This document shows, in pieces, positions 27,981 through 40,700 of a stretch of DNA of 49,228 nucleotides (position 1 is its first letter; each line of letters starts with the position of its first letter). The DNA comes from Trichoplax sp. H2. Lineage: Eukaryota. The position numbers and the translations under genes are program-made. The notes beneath the pieces were generated by a model that saw only the letters and a program-made list of their open reading frames with translations, was not told the DNA's origin and made no database searches. Location of the stretch: contig NOWV01000026.1 in the NCBI GenBank assembly GCA_003344405.1, positions 620,001 through 669,228 of the forward strand. Direction: 5' to 3'.

Positions 27981-30061
27981 ATGGCTTTTGGACACTACTT
28001 TCTGATTGTTTTATTATGCTTTATCGTCGTGCAAAGTTCTCCAGTTAAAAAGTAAGCAAATATATGCGCTAATATTACGTAATCATCATTCATCTTAATA
28101 TTTAGAGTCTTCTGCTATAAGATTTTGAGTATTAAAGTATATTAAAATCGTTATAGCGATTTTATGTTAAAAGTATAACTTAGATGTTTTCAAGTAATGA
28201 TGTATACCGTAGCACAGTATTATTTTGATCATGTTTTAACTGAGAATAAATCTATCATGATGCTCGATCTATCAAGTCTTAAAGTAATATTACAGATAAA
28301 TAAATGTTAAAGTCACAACAATTTTGCTTTAATGAATTTTCTGGGGTGCCTGAAAATATTAGAGAAGATAACATGCTCTTGGATAGGTTAGTGTTCTCAT
28401 TCAGAAAATTACATTACGATGATGCATTCGATATAGCAGAATTCCGTTAAAAAATAAACTATGTATTTTCTTAACTTAAATCTTTGCTGTCCGACGCTCA
28501 TAATTACAGCTCAGTAAATTTTTATGGCACGTTGAATAATTTAATGTTGATTTAAACTAAATAGTTATAATACATTTTGAGAGTGCGGTTTCTAATATTG
28601 ACTTTTACTCTTATCTTTTACGTCAGATACATGGACAATTCAGCAAAGAGGTAAGACACATGCTTATCTTTAAGTTTGCTTTTGCTTCAATCTATACACC
28701 ATATATAAATTAGGTAAAAGTTAGTCTAAAGCAAAAAGGTCATTTATGTCGATGATTCTTCATTTAAAGTATTGCTATCTTACTGCTATTCCTTTACCAT
28801 AAACCAGCTTATAATTTAGTATTAGTCCTAGTCTATGACTAACTCTATTTCGAATAAGATTACTATAAGGGCAAAATAGTACCTTAACACCAATATCCAT
28901 ATAGGGATTAGTACCAAGTTTTAGCTTTCAAATATAATAATATACGAGTACAAGAACTTCAGAGCTAAAACTAAATACTTCTCATAATTCTAATATTCTA
29001 TGTATTAATAATTACTAATATTTAATTTAAAAATATTCATATTTTCTAGCGAAGAATTTCGGTAAGCATAGCGCTATTATATCACAATGTAATCATAATC
29101 ACATTGCAATACAAGTTACGCTGACTGCAAACTAATTCTATCCCCCAAAAAACTATGCTAGACGCAGTGGATTTCCTTGGAAGAGGTAAGAGTATGAATT
29201 TAAAACTTGTAGGTGATAATATCTATTTCTTAGAAGAAGCTAATATCTAAAAGCATACCTAGTAACGTTCGCGGTTTATGCGAATATGTAGTTGATTAGT
29301 GCGAATAAATACAGTATCTATTGCTCTGAAGTCATAAATTAGCTCCGTATCTCTAAAGGGTATGGCTTTATTTTCTTGCTTAAAGTATGCATTGCCATAT
29401 TTACCCTGATAAAGAATGATTAAAATGATTTTCTTGAGTATCTTTTTAGATAATTACTAAATACTCGATAATCATTTCTACATATCGATAATTTTAGGGA
29501 CCAAAATCCAACAGAGGGGTGAGAATAAGACTAAATCAGCATGAGATAATCATGGCTATAGAACTAACAAAAGCTACTATTTATCATTAAATATTCCCAC
29601 TACAAGATAATTGCAATTAACATAAAATATTTTTTATACCTTATTTAAAAAATACCGTAAAAATTTAGGCCGGAATTTCTTTGGAAAAGGTGAATGATAT
29701 ATGTAGAAGATATTATCGACGATTTCTATTATTTTATGAACCTAGAGTTACTGATTACATCATTTACAGTGTGTTTCACTACCCTTCCGATATAAAATAT
29801 ACCGATATACTTACTGTTCCTTGATTAAATAATATTTAACACCAGCTTACTATTTTACTGTACTTCATTTATTTTCATAATAGGTCAGAAGACCGTGCTC
29901 TAGATTTTGAAGAAGCAAAAATCATGGAAAACTTGAAACAGAAGTATAACAAGGCTGAACTTGATGCGTTCATGGAAGGTTTAATGATTCAAAAAGCTTT
30001 AAAAGCTTATCTAAAAGCTAACATGTTCAAAGCCTTTAAGAAAGCATCTTTACAGCATTAA
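27981..30061 (+). CDS. Neuropeptide-like prepropeptide encoded by micro-exons (124 aa)
   Basis: Exons 27981-28051, 28363-28386 (least certain), 28627-28650, 29050-29061, 29162-29185, 29498-29518, 29669-29689, 29884-30061; all introns GT-AG and phase 2. Translation: MAFGHYFLIVLLCFIVVQSSPVKKEDNMLLDRYMDNSAKSEEFRRSGFPWKRDQNPTEGPEFLWKRSEDRALDFEEAKIMENLKQKYNKAELDAFMEGLMIQKALKAYLKANMFKAFKKASLQH*. Signal peptide plus KK/RR/KR dibasic sites. Confidence 0.85.
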
Positions 30062-30098
30062 TATCCGTGAAAGCTGAAATTCTACTGAGAATTGGCAG

Positions 30099-30221
30099 GT
30101 TAGGATAAATATATAAATGATCAATGTTCACTTCTAATATTATAAACTACTAACCTCCAGAATGGTATACGTATATAACTTCTTAAAACGGTGCCATAAT
30201 GATTACGTTTATGTTCACTAG
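30099..30221 (+). other. Putative 3'-UTR intron of the micro-exon peptide gene
   Basis: Donor cag|gttagg at 30099 and acceptor ttcactag ending 30221; AATAAA near 30354. Confidence 0.45.
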
Positions 30222-32554
30222 GTGCAGTATGTTCTAATATACGATCTGGAAAGCAGAAAGACTTAAATTTGAGACCAGTGATATTCTAGGATTAAGATAT
30301 CAAATTTACTGCAATTGCAGCAATAGTGAAACTCTAGCAATAATAATTCACGTAATAAATATGCATATATTCGTGCACAATTCTCTAGTCTATAGTGTCA
30401 ATTAAGTACCAATATTATAATACAGCAATATTTGAGTTTACGTGTATACCTGAAGTAAAGAATTTGCAGCACTAATGTTTAAAAAATTACGATAGTTATT
30501 GCTATAATCGTAATTGTGGTCTATTTCAATCTGAATAAATCTGCATAGAACCATTGAAAGAATGATATGCCAGGAATAGAGCTGTAAATGTTGTAACAGT
30601 AGGAAAATAAAATAAAGCTTATAGATCCGAAACTTCATATCCTTTCGCATCCTTCATAAATATTCTACCATGCTTGCTCAATTCTCAGACAATATATTTG
30701 AATGTGTACCTTACCTGAATGCAACTACGAGTGATGTGTTGTAATAATACATAAAACTGCCTCAGTTTAATAGTTACTTAACGAAAGATGTCTTCAATTC
30801 TATAGACTATTTCATGATAGCCATGATGTTGAAATCTATTCTTGCTCTTTAGTTTTCGAATTTAGAAACACGAAAATTATGTTTTACTGTATGCAATGAA
30901 ATAATTAGCTTACTCTTTACAATTTAATTTTACCTAGCCGCTTCAGATTGATCACGAAGCACTATAAAGCTAATCCGATAGCAGATGCTCAAGAATGCGT
31001 TATCGTGTCTTATATCCTATTACTTTGTATAAACCTTTACTGCTAACTCAAAACATATAGCGATATCTGCTTCACTAAATAAAAGTTATTTCTTTTTACT
31101 ATTAATGATTTTTTAGAATTTAATATATTTCTATTTTATAAAAACCCTCAAATAAACAATCATGAATGGATATTATTATATTCCGTCCTCCATTTTACTT
31201 ACTAATATGATACAAGTACGAAAGAATTGCAATCTTTCTACTTTGAACTACCCCATGTGTTTGAATATATCACAAATTTAAGCACGTGTCGTAGTTACTA
31301 GCATGAAGATTACTCATCAAATGCTACTGTACATTTCATATTTTAATATGAAATGTATCAGCGAAATTCTAAAAGTTACGAAACCAAGCACAGAGGGTAT
31401 ACCAACGTGGAAGAAATTATCGATATGCGTGTTTATTTGATAAAACTTATCTACGGATTATAATCGACTATCCATATACGTAGTTCAATGTTTATCGAGT
31501 GATCATACTTACCGAATAAACCATTATCGGGAAACTGTTCAAAATTTAAGTGTATTTCGGACCAGTAACAAGGAAGTTACTCTATTACAATTACATTGCG
31601 ACCAAAGTAGACTATTTCGACAAACAAAATAACCGTTGAATTGTTCATGCTTTTTGATATCGAAAATGCCACTATTTCTCTATTATTTGGCCAATATAAT
31701 AAATAAATATATACAATAGGAAAAAAATTTCGCAATAAGTAATTTTCGTGTACGTTCTTAGAAACATTCCACAGTAGTAGCCTTTATTTAGAGTTCATGC
31801 TGGATTACAATTTTTATATCTTCAACAAATGATGCTGATATATACCACAAGCAATAAGTAATGAAATATTAAGAGTACTATAATCCTAGCGCTATTGATA
31901 TTCATTACATAGAAGCTTCTTTTAAATAATGATCGTTGCATAGTCAATATCATAACAATAAGTAAGTATCATTATTACCTATTTCGAAATTAGTCCAGGC
32001 ATACACATTAATATAATCTAGTTAGTAGCGATAATAATGGAAATCTACGCCTTGCCTGCATGCGTAAAAGCGACTCATCATATTATTACATCGGATCTTC
32101 ATCAATATACCAGAGTAATGGTTACAAGTGATGTTATTTTCAAATTGTTAGAACTTAGGTGAAAACTGCGACAATAGTGATACTGCCAGGCCGTTTATTA
32201 AAATACATCTTTTGGTCCTGTGTATTTGTAGCAGTTTTTAGGTATTATAAAACTAGGTCATGTTCTAGTATCTTCCTAATGTGTTTATAGAAGGCATTGC
32301 TAAGATTATCCGTTCTAATGATTTGTTTATTGAATTTCTTATTAAAATAGTGCTGTCGTAATTTGGAAAATGCCTTTATATGTTTATCTAACGCCTGGGA
32401 TAGCAATTTATATGAGTGAGCTTGGCTCATGCACTTTATCGGACTAACACTGTGATAAAGATCACAGTTAATTCATTCGGACCAGATCAAGATTAGGTTC
32501 CCGTTATAGTAATCTCCATAAGAAAATACGGATAGTTTATCAAAATAATATCAT

Positions 32555-35500
32555 TTAGATAAGTATTGGTTCCACTTTTAATTGGATTAATGGGTTGGGC
32601 AGAATGAACATACCACATCGACGTGGTTCAATGCGCTGATTTGCGGAAGGTAAACTAAATTTGAAATTAAATAATAACTTAGCCAAAGTAATCTTCATTT
32701 CGGTCATAGCAAATCTTTTGCCCATACAGGTACGTGAACCGATAGAAAAAGATAAAACCCCATGATCTCGAACGTCTTCACGTTTAAATCGTTCCGGATT
32801 AAACTCATTACCATTTGGAAATGCATCATCGCACCTATAGTTTAGTTATTAATGCACAAAAATAATAAAAAATTACCAATTTAGCAATTAAGTTCAAGAT
32901 TTGTAGAAAATATTGCGTATTGCAATAAGTACGTGGTACTGGTACCTCTGGCAAACAGCTAAGGCAATATATATAAGGGTTCCAGCAGGAATTTTATAAT
33001 TTTGTATGACATCATCTTTCTTAGCGACACGTCGCAGAACGTCAACTGGAGGATACAGTCTTATGTATATAGATAGGAAGTTTTAACTGCAAGTATTATT
33101 AATATGATAAGTGCTATAAGTACTATGAGAGCAAACCTAAGCGTTTCCATGATAATAAATTCAATATATTTCAGTTGGTCTAAATCAGAATTAGCTAGAT
33201 CACGATCTTGTCGTAGTACATTCTGAATCTCTGTTCGTGCTTTATCCTGAATTTTAGGATGTTTCGCTAATAAATATAGCGTCCATGACAATGCAGCTGT
33301 AGCAGTCTAAATTAAAGAAAAGTACATGTAGATCTAAGCATTTGATATTAGATGAATCAACCAATTTATTAAACATAAATGTCGATTGATTACCTCACGT
33401 CCTGCCATCATAAATGTTAAAATATTGTCACGTAGCTGCTTATCCGTAAATGCCGGTTTACCAGTCTCATCTTTAATGTCCATTAGAATATCCAACAGAT
33501 CGACATCTGAAATTAATTACATAATCATTAGACAATACGGTGCAAAATGGATTATCTCGACACTTGCGTATAAAAAATAACCGAACCGGATGTTGATCTC
33601 TGTCTTGAATTTCTCTTTAATGCTATCGTAGAATCGATCGCTTTACGCACAACACTTAATCCTGCTTCAATTTCACGGTTGCATGCCAAAGGAAGATACT
33701 GAAAATATGGTATAAACTGTACCAAGCTAAAATAGAAATTTATTGGTAGGCTTTTTAGTCTTTTTTACGAATAATGTTAACAAAGCAATTGCAGGCTCAT
33801 TTATCGTAATTAATGATGAATATAAGGCTCATTCATACCCGAATAACTGCCCGGTAACAGCACGATTGAAAACTGCGCTAATATTCTTAGCATCTATATT
33901 ACACCCAGATAAAGCCTCAAACTCATATCCAAAGGTACAACGACCCATAATATCAAGAGTCTAAAATTAAAACCGCTCAATAAGACTAAAGATCTTCTGA
34001 TTCCAATTAACTGGGTTGGCACTATCGATAAGTGCTATGTATACTACTGTAGAAATACTAGTAGCTTCAATATGTTCATTTAGTACTTTTGCCATGCTAT
34101 CGTTATGAATTGAATTAGTTTCCTTGAAGATTTATTTTAGTACAACAATTTCAAGGAATTATGAATATTATACAACATACCAATTGTTTAAAATATTTTT
34201 GGACACAGATAATACCATCATTGCTCTGTGAAAGATTATGTCGCCATAGTTGACATAAGGAAGTTGCATACATATTGAACACAGTAGTCATGACTATAAA
34301 TGAAAAGGAAATGAAGTCAATTTATAATACGTCTATAGCAAATTAATGGACAATTTATCAATATTGTATCAACTTAGTAAAAGTAAAATAACAATACCAG
34401 TGATGCTATCTGCATTGAAAGCAGCCGGTGCGATCATTCCTCTATATTTTGCATGATCCCTTCCAGTAGAAGCCATCACACCATCTCCAATAAGGCGTTG
34501 ATTGACCCTAGTAAAGACACAAATGCACAAATAATCCTATATATTAGACGATATAAGTATGGGCCCTCTATCTAACAGCAGTTAAGGGCTAATTTTTTTA
34601 TTCTTTTTTTTATGCTTTCAGAATTTAAGATTTAGTAATTATCGAAGTTAATAGAAACATAAAGATATGTTTTCTTGGTATATACTGTATTGATTTTTCA
34701 CTTACTGAAAGGCTTTCTGTTTTTCATAGTTCTTGTGATTAACGATTAAAACATGATTTATAGCTTTGGGGCAACTGATCATGACAATATCTTCGTTGAA
34801 TACGTTATGAAAGTGTACAAATTTGCCGTATTTCTCAGTCCATCTAAAAAGTCATATTAAATCGATCATTTCTGAATAATGTAGAGTAGGGGTACTATTT
34901 TAATGTCGTATTAGTTTATTTAAAATCCTATTTGTTACTAAAAGCAAGCATTGTAAAAACAATCATTACAGAATCCTGTATCGCTATAGCTACTCTTACT
35001 TGATTTCGATTTCCATTGGCCTTGATGAGTATAAATCATAAAGATTGCCAATGACGGGACGAAAAGCTGGCCCAGGCATCTAGATAATTACGATAATATG
35101 CATACCTAATAATGCTTACGATAATTTTTACTCTTTTGCACGGCAGAATTATGGGCTAAGAAGTAACGTCACAACTGCTATAAAAGTTGTTCATTTATTA
35201 CATCAATTTCGATGATGCAATGTCAGTTTGCTTTGTTAGCATCCTCAAGTAATAATAACAAGCATCTAAGTATACAATTATAAATTTGTGAATAAGAGAA
35301 AAATTAAAATAAACAGAAGTATCGGATTCACTATTGATAACGCAAAACCATTGGACGTTTGATAAACTTCTTAATTGCAATACTGTATTCACTTTTAGGA
35401 TTGCTCGCATCTACGCGTAACTTACATCCTACAGAAGAAAGGGCATCATCTCTGATCAATTGCTATAGCAATCCACTAGTATACAGTATGATAGCGCTTC

Positions 35501-36068
35501 GCTAGACCATGGACTATCCATCTACAGTACGAGGCTGGAAAACGATTGACGATGACGTTGTAGCCCACTTTGTTATCCACTACTCGTTGAAAATTGTATA
35601 TTCCTTATGGTATAATGGCATTTTTTCTGTGCGATATGATGACAAGTTAGGCTTACTTTTACAGTCCATAAGTAGTAATACGATATTGATGTCGATTAGG
35701 ATACCTGTATGATCATGGTTTATGATATGATGATACTATACTGGTGTAGTCACCTGTTGCAGGAATAACGCTACGTTAGCAACAACATGGACGCCATCGT
35801 CATCCTATCCGCTAGAGTAGTTTTTGTATCACACTTTCTCTCCCATGGACTGATTTACTATTCGTTATGGAGGATTGATCATGCCATACTTTGATCGATT
35901 GGGTACAAATCAGTAGATTGATAATATCGATCCTACCTGTTTTAATGGCGAAAAGTACGGCTTAATGAAACATTTATATGCAACATAGACCGCATAAGTT
36001 GCCAATGATACCTTGAATCCAACCTTGATGACATACGTAAACGACGATGAGTTGTCATTTAGCGTCAT
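32555..36068 (-). CDS. Microsomal cytochrome P450 (503 aa, 11 exons)
   Basis: Exons 36068-35937, 35079-35000, 34843-34706, 34507-34398, 34293-34181, 33960-33839, 33726-33587, 33506-33394, 33306-33137, 33059-32946, 32834-32555 splice in frame (1512 nt). N-terminal anchor followed by PGP, I-helix FMMAGRETA, ETLR, FNPERF, heme motif FSIGSRTCMG. Confidence 0.95.
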
Positions 36069-37759
36069 TTCGCAGAAACGATCATAACAAGATGTGTAAT
36101 AGAACAACTTAATTTTTATAGCTAGTGCGTTGCGATGGATGGTGAAGTTGAAGGCACTAATCTTGTAATTTAGCTATTGCTTGGCGTATTTGCCACTCAA
36201 CGCCTTACAGTACAGGACTTGAGAATTCTATTGATTATTTATTTATTTTTAGAAGTCTGATGCCGTAAATAAACTGTTTCTCGATGTCTGCACGGCAGTC
36301 TAGTACAGTCTGTACTGTACGTTACCGTCCTAAGCCTGTTACAGTACAGTGTATAGTACTGTAGTGGGAGGCCGAGTATCATCCATTGTACTGAAGTACT
36401 GTACTGTACAGTACAGTACGACGAAGTGATAGTGAGTTTATTGATACTTGATACTCGATAGGGTATCGGCGGTATTGGGCCAATAGATATACCGTCGTCT
36501 TTCAGACTATCCGCCTCAATATCAGGCCAAAACACAAACTACTGTATCAGGCTAAGAATGGATACAACCCTTCCAAAAACACAGTTGTCGCTTGACAAGA
36601 GTACTATGACAGTCGGTTCCATCCAGCAGAGTACTGCAATGGCGAAAATCCTGCATAATTAATTCATGAATCCTAGTTCTGCCAGTAGTGTATCAAGAGC
36701 GCTTTGATGTCGTCATCATGGACTTCGACCCCAGTACAGTACGGTACAGTACAGTACAGTATTTGTACTGTAAATTACAATCAAGTACTGTACTGTACAG
36801 TGTACAGTACCATACCGTACGATACACAGTACTGTACAGTATGCACTGAGCACCGACGTACTGAGTGTGAACCAGTTCGAATCAGAGTACTTTAAGTTAC
36901 CCTAAAATCACGAGTGTGAATCAAAAGGTAATAAGAATTATACGAATATAAAGCTGAATAACTTGGCTATTGAATTTAATTGATTAAAATGAGGTTATTT
37001 GAGCAACTTTTACGTAATATTGTATTAAATTCCGAATTTTCTACAGTACTAAGTAAAAAACATGGAAATCTACAGTAACCATCGCTCCTCCCAGGGTAAG
37101 ATATCCTACTGTACACTAGTGTACAGTACTGTACAGTACAATTATTATGAGACTACAGTAGACACTGTACAGTACAGTAGACACAACGCAGCTGATTTGA
37201 GTACTGTACAGTACAGTAGTTGTACTGTAAGTTACAATCAAGTACTGTACTGTACTGTACACTGTACAGTACAGTGTACAGTACAGTACTGTACAGTACC
37301 ATACCGTATGATACACAGTACAGTACTGTACTGTACACTGTACAGTACTGTTCTGTTGTGAAAGTGAAGAATCTGCCTGAGACACCGACTATGTACTGTA
37401 CACTGTACTGTACTGTACAGTACAGTACAGTACAGTAGGATTATTATGAGACTAGATAGAAGTTGAACAACACAACTGATTTCAGATTTGAGATTTCAGA
37501 CGCCGGCCGGTACAGTCCAGTACTGTACAGTGCACAGTGCACAGTACTGTCCTGAAATGTACTGTACACTGTACGGTACAGCAGGATTATTATCAGGCAG
37601 ACACAACACAGCTGATTGGAGATTTCAGACGCCGGTCGGTTTTCCTGGCTGATTTCTGTTGGAATCATCCTGTGTTACCAGAGGATATTATTATTATCCG
37701 AGTAACAGGCGTATATCCACCTTCTTATCCAGTTGATTAACATCATTTTCCGTGCTATC
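36069..37759. promoter_or_regulatory. Bidirectional promoter region between divergent P450 genes
   Basis: 1.7 kb between ATG 36068 (minus) and ATG 37760 (plus); higher GC than the flanks, with repeated motifs. Confidence 0.7.
36280..37640. repeat. TACAG/CTGTA pentamer-rich low-complexity repeat tracts
   Basis: Dense cagta/tactg/gtacag units in both orientations at about 36300-36420, 36730-36845 and 37105-37580. These produce the spurious YSTV/YCTV ORFs in the track. Confidence 0.9.
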
Positions 37760-40700
37760 ATGGTATTCCAACACATCGATATCAAGGCATGTGTCTTAGC
37801 CGTATTGATCGCAGCCATCAGTTGGATTATTCATATTGTTGTTATCAAAAGACTGACATCACCGTTGCGCAAGGTTAGTATACATAGCCATCCAACGTGA
37901 TGGCACGATAGGCGATTTTGCAATGGATCCGAACTAACACTAACTTTGGCAAATAACCATTCATTTGATAATTGAACAATAAACCAAATCAGTTTGTAGT
38001 CATTCGCTTCCATACACGTAAAATCCACTCGCATATCGATCATCTTACAGTATATACTTTATGTCCTACATGGAGTATAGTTACATGTTATAATATTGAG
38101 ACTGCCAACAAGTAAACTATTTACGCGTGAGAAGTCTATTGTATTCTTCTACACTACTCTTACATACTATAGTATGCGAGCATAGGTAGTTCATGAATTA
38201 GTTCATGATGTCATGAATTAGTAATATACAATTAAATAGAGATATAGAGTATAAAATGCCATTCATAGATAAACAATAATAATTGCAATTGGTACATTAA
38301 ATACTTTATTACCGATGCTCTTCCAAATGAACAGTTACATGTCTACGATGTTTTAGGACTGTTTTATGGATGTTGGCGTAACTTGCACTTAATGAACGCG
38401 TTACTTCTTGACCGTCTAATAATTTAGATTCCTGGCCCACGAACTTGGTCGTTGTTAGGTAATACGCTGCAATTAATGCAAGAAAGCGCTGGCGATTCTC
38501 ATCTTAGGTTGGATAAAAAGAATCATTGTCTAATAGCATCAAACACTACGATTAATGTTGAATGAAATAACAAATTTGCTGTATTAGTCAAATCTCATAT
38601 GCTTAACATAATATAAATACTAGTCATTCATTGCTCTAGTGATCATATATTCTGTAAATGCAAATATAAAAATATACCATACAAGTCTAAAAGAGATGAT
38701 AATGCCGTTGTTGATAATACTGCTATACCAGTTAACAGTCATAGCAGCTATTAGTAGTAATCGTTTCCCTGTCGTTATTTGACTTAGATGGTCACTACAG
38801 TATGGAAAAATCTTTCGATTTGAACTACCGTTTACTAGCGAACGGGTAGCAATATTGGATGCTGATCTCATAAAGCAAGTACTGGTCACAAGATGCTCGA
38901 AATATCGAAAACCCGAACGTTTCTCTATGTTCGTAAAATACAAATTAATCATTAATCTCAGATGATGATACTACCTACTATACCTGTATACTTTGAATTT
39001 TAGATAACTTCGTAGCTGGTTATATGATAATTAAATTACTGTATCGTACACGATTCGCTGTTGAAATTGATCACTATAGCAAGAGACGACAGAATTCAAT
39101 GATATAAGATACAAATACTATCTCCGAATTTTATTGCATCTTTGTCGTATAATTCATGCAGGTTTTTGGGGCCAATTATCGGGAATGGATTGTTTCTGTT
39201 AGAAGGGCCAACACATGCTCACTATAGAAAAATAATCAATCCTGCATTTAAATATTCAAAGATTAAAGGTGACGTACAAGTCGGTGTTGCAATTAAAATT
39301 ATTGACTTTGTGTACACAAAACCTTTATACGCTAGCAATCACTTCTGGTTCAGTGGTAGATTAACTATGTTTTTGATAACCGTCGGATACCATAACATAA
39401 CCTCTTTCAGCTTTATATTAGCCATTCCGATTATATTTTAATTACAGCGAGAACTTATCAGTTCTATAGCTAGTAAGATTTCTTTATCGACCCTACAATT
39501 AAATTCAATCAATCTATCTTATTATGCACAGAGATGATGCCTATGTTTCAACACTTTACGGATATATTAGCTGAAAAATGGCGCAAGGAAATTGATTCAA
39601 AAGACCAGGGAAAGGCCGTTATCTGTGTACAAGACAATTTGACTAAGCTCACTCTAGATATCATATGCAAAAGCGCTTTTGGTTACGACTGCAATGCATT
39701 AACTGACGAGAGCGTCAAAATATCTCAATGTTTCAACACAGTACTGCAAAATCTTGCGGTCAAGTATGTAAACTTTCAAATTTACGCTTGCATTCACTTT
39801 GAATTTGAACATTTCTCCTAATTTACACTTGAATGCTTACACAAGTTAGCGTAACAGTGTTCCGCGTTTACACACGTTTTTATCAGCACTAGATACTGTA
39901 TTCCAATCTATTAACATTTCATATTAATTTTTAATTTTTATTGCCACAGTTGGAGAAATTTTATTCCAATGTATAAATCATTGCCTACCCCTGATAACCT
40001 GAAAATCCGAAGATCTCTTAATTTGGCTCATCAACTTGTTGATAAAGTCATCGAAGAAAAACTGCAAGAAACAGATTCAAGTAATACTACTATTCTTCTA
40101 TTGTAGCCTTGCTTGAGGTTACAAAATTTATAGTAGCATGGAATTAATATATAAAGGATATATTGAATTAAATATCTATAGTATTAACGGCACCTTGTAG
40201 AAAATTTTATAGCTTATTAATATAATTTCAGTTAAAGAAAGCAGCTGCCTTTTGGATAGTATGATATCACTAAAACAAGAGGATAATACTCCAGCTCTAA
40301 CAAAACAAGAACTGCATGATCAAGTAATGACATTCATGTTAGCTGGACACGAGGTGACGCTATTAAGAGCTGATTTTGGTTGTAATGATTACAGTTTATA
40401 TTCTTTAATATTTTATCATCGATATAATGAATAAGCTATCGATTGATTCCTTTGCGATGTAATGTTATACTTCAATATTACTTATTGCATACTCAAATAG
40501 TCGCATTATATCAGAGCAGGTGTAGACTGATATTGATATATATGTGCTTGTTGTAGACTACAAGCGTAGCACTAACATGGGCATTGTATGCCTTGGCTAA
40601 TAACCCGAAAATTCAAATTAAAGCAAGGCGAGAAATTAAGGATGTACTCAACAACTGCGATGAAATTTCATGTGAAAAACTTGATGAATTGCTATATCTG

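Noticed and set aside
33386..33964. Plus-strand ORFs 33386-33580 and 33743-33964 (likewise minus ORFs 37831-38043, 38620-38952 and 47304-47522)
   Set aside because: Antisense shadows of real P450 or peptide exons.
36700..37640. CRISPR-like repeat/spacer appearance
   Set aside because: Eukaryotic context, no constant-length repeats or spacers, no cas genes.
36239..37740. Overlapping YSTV/YCTV-rich ORFs on both strands
   Set aside because: Translation artefacts of the stop-poor TACAG repeat.
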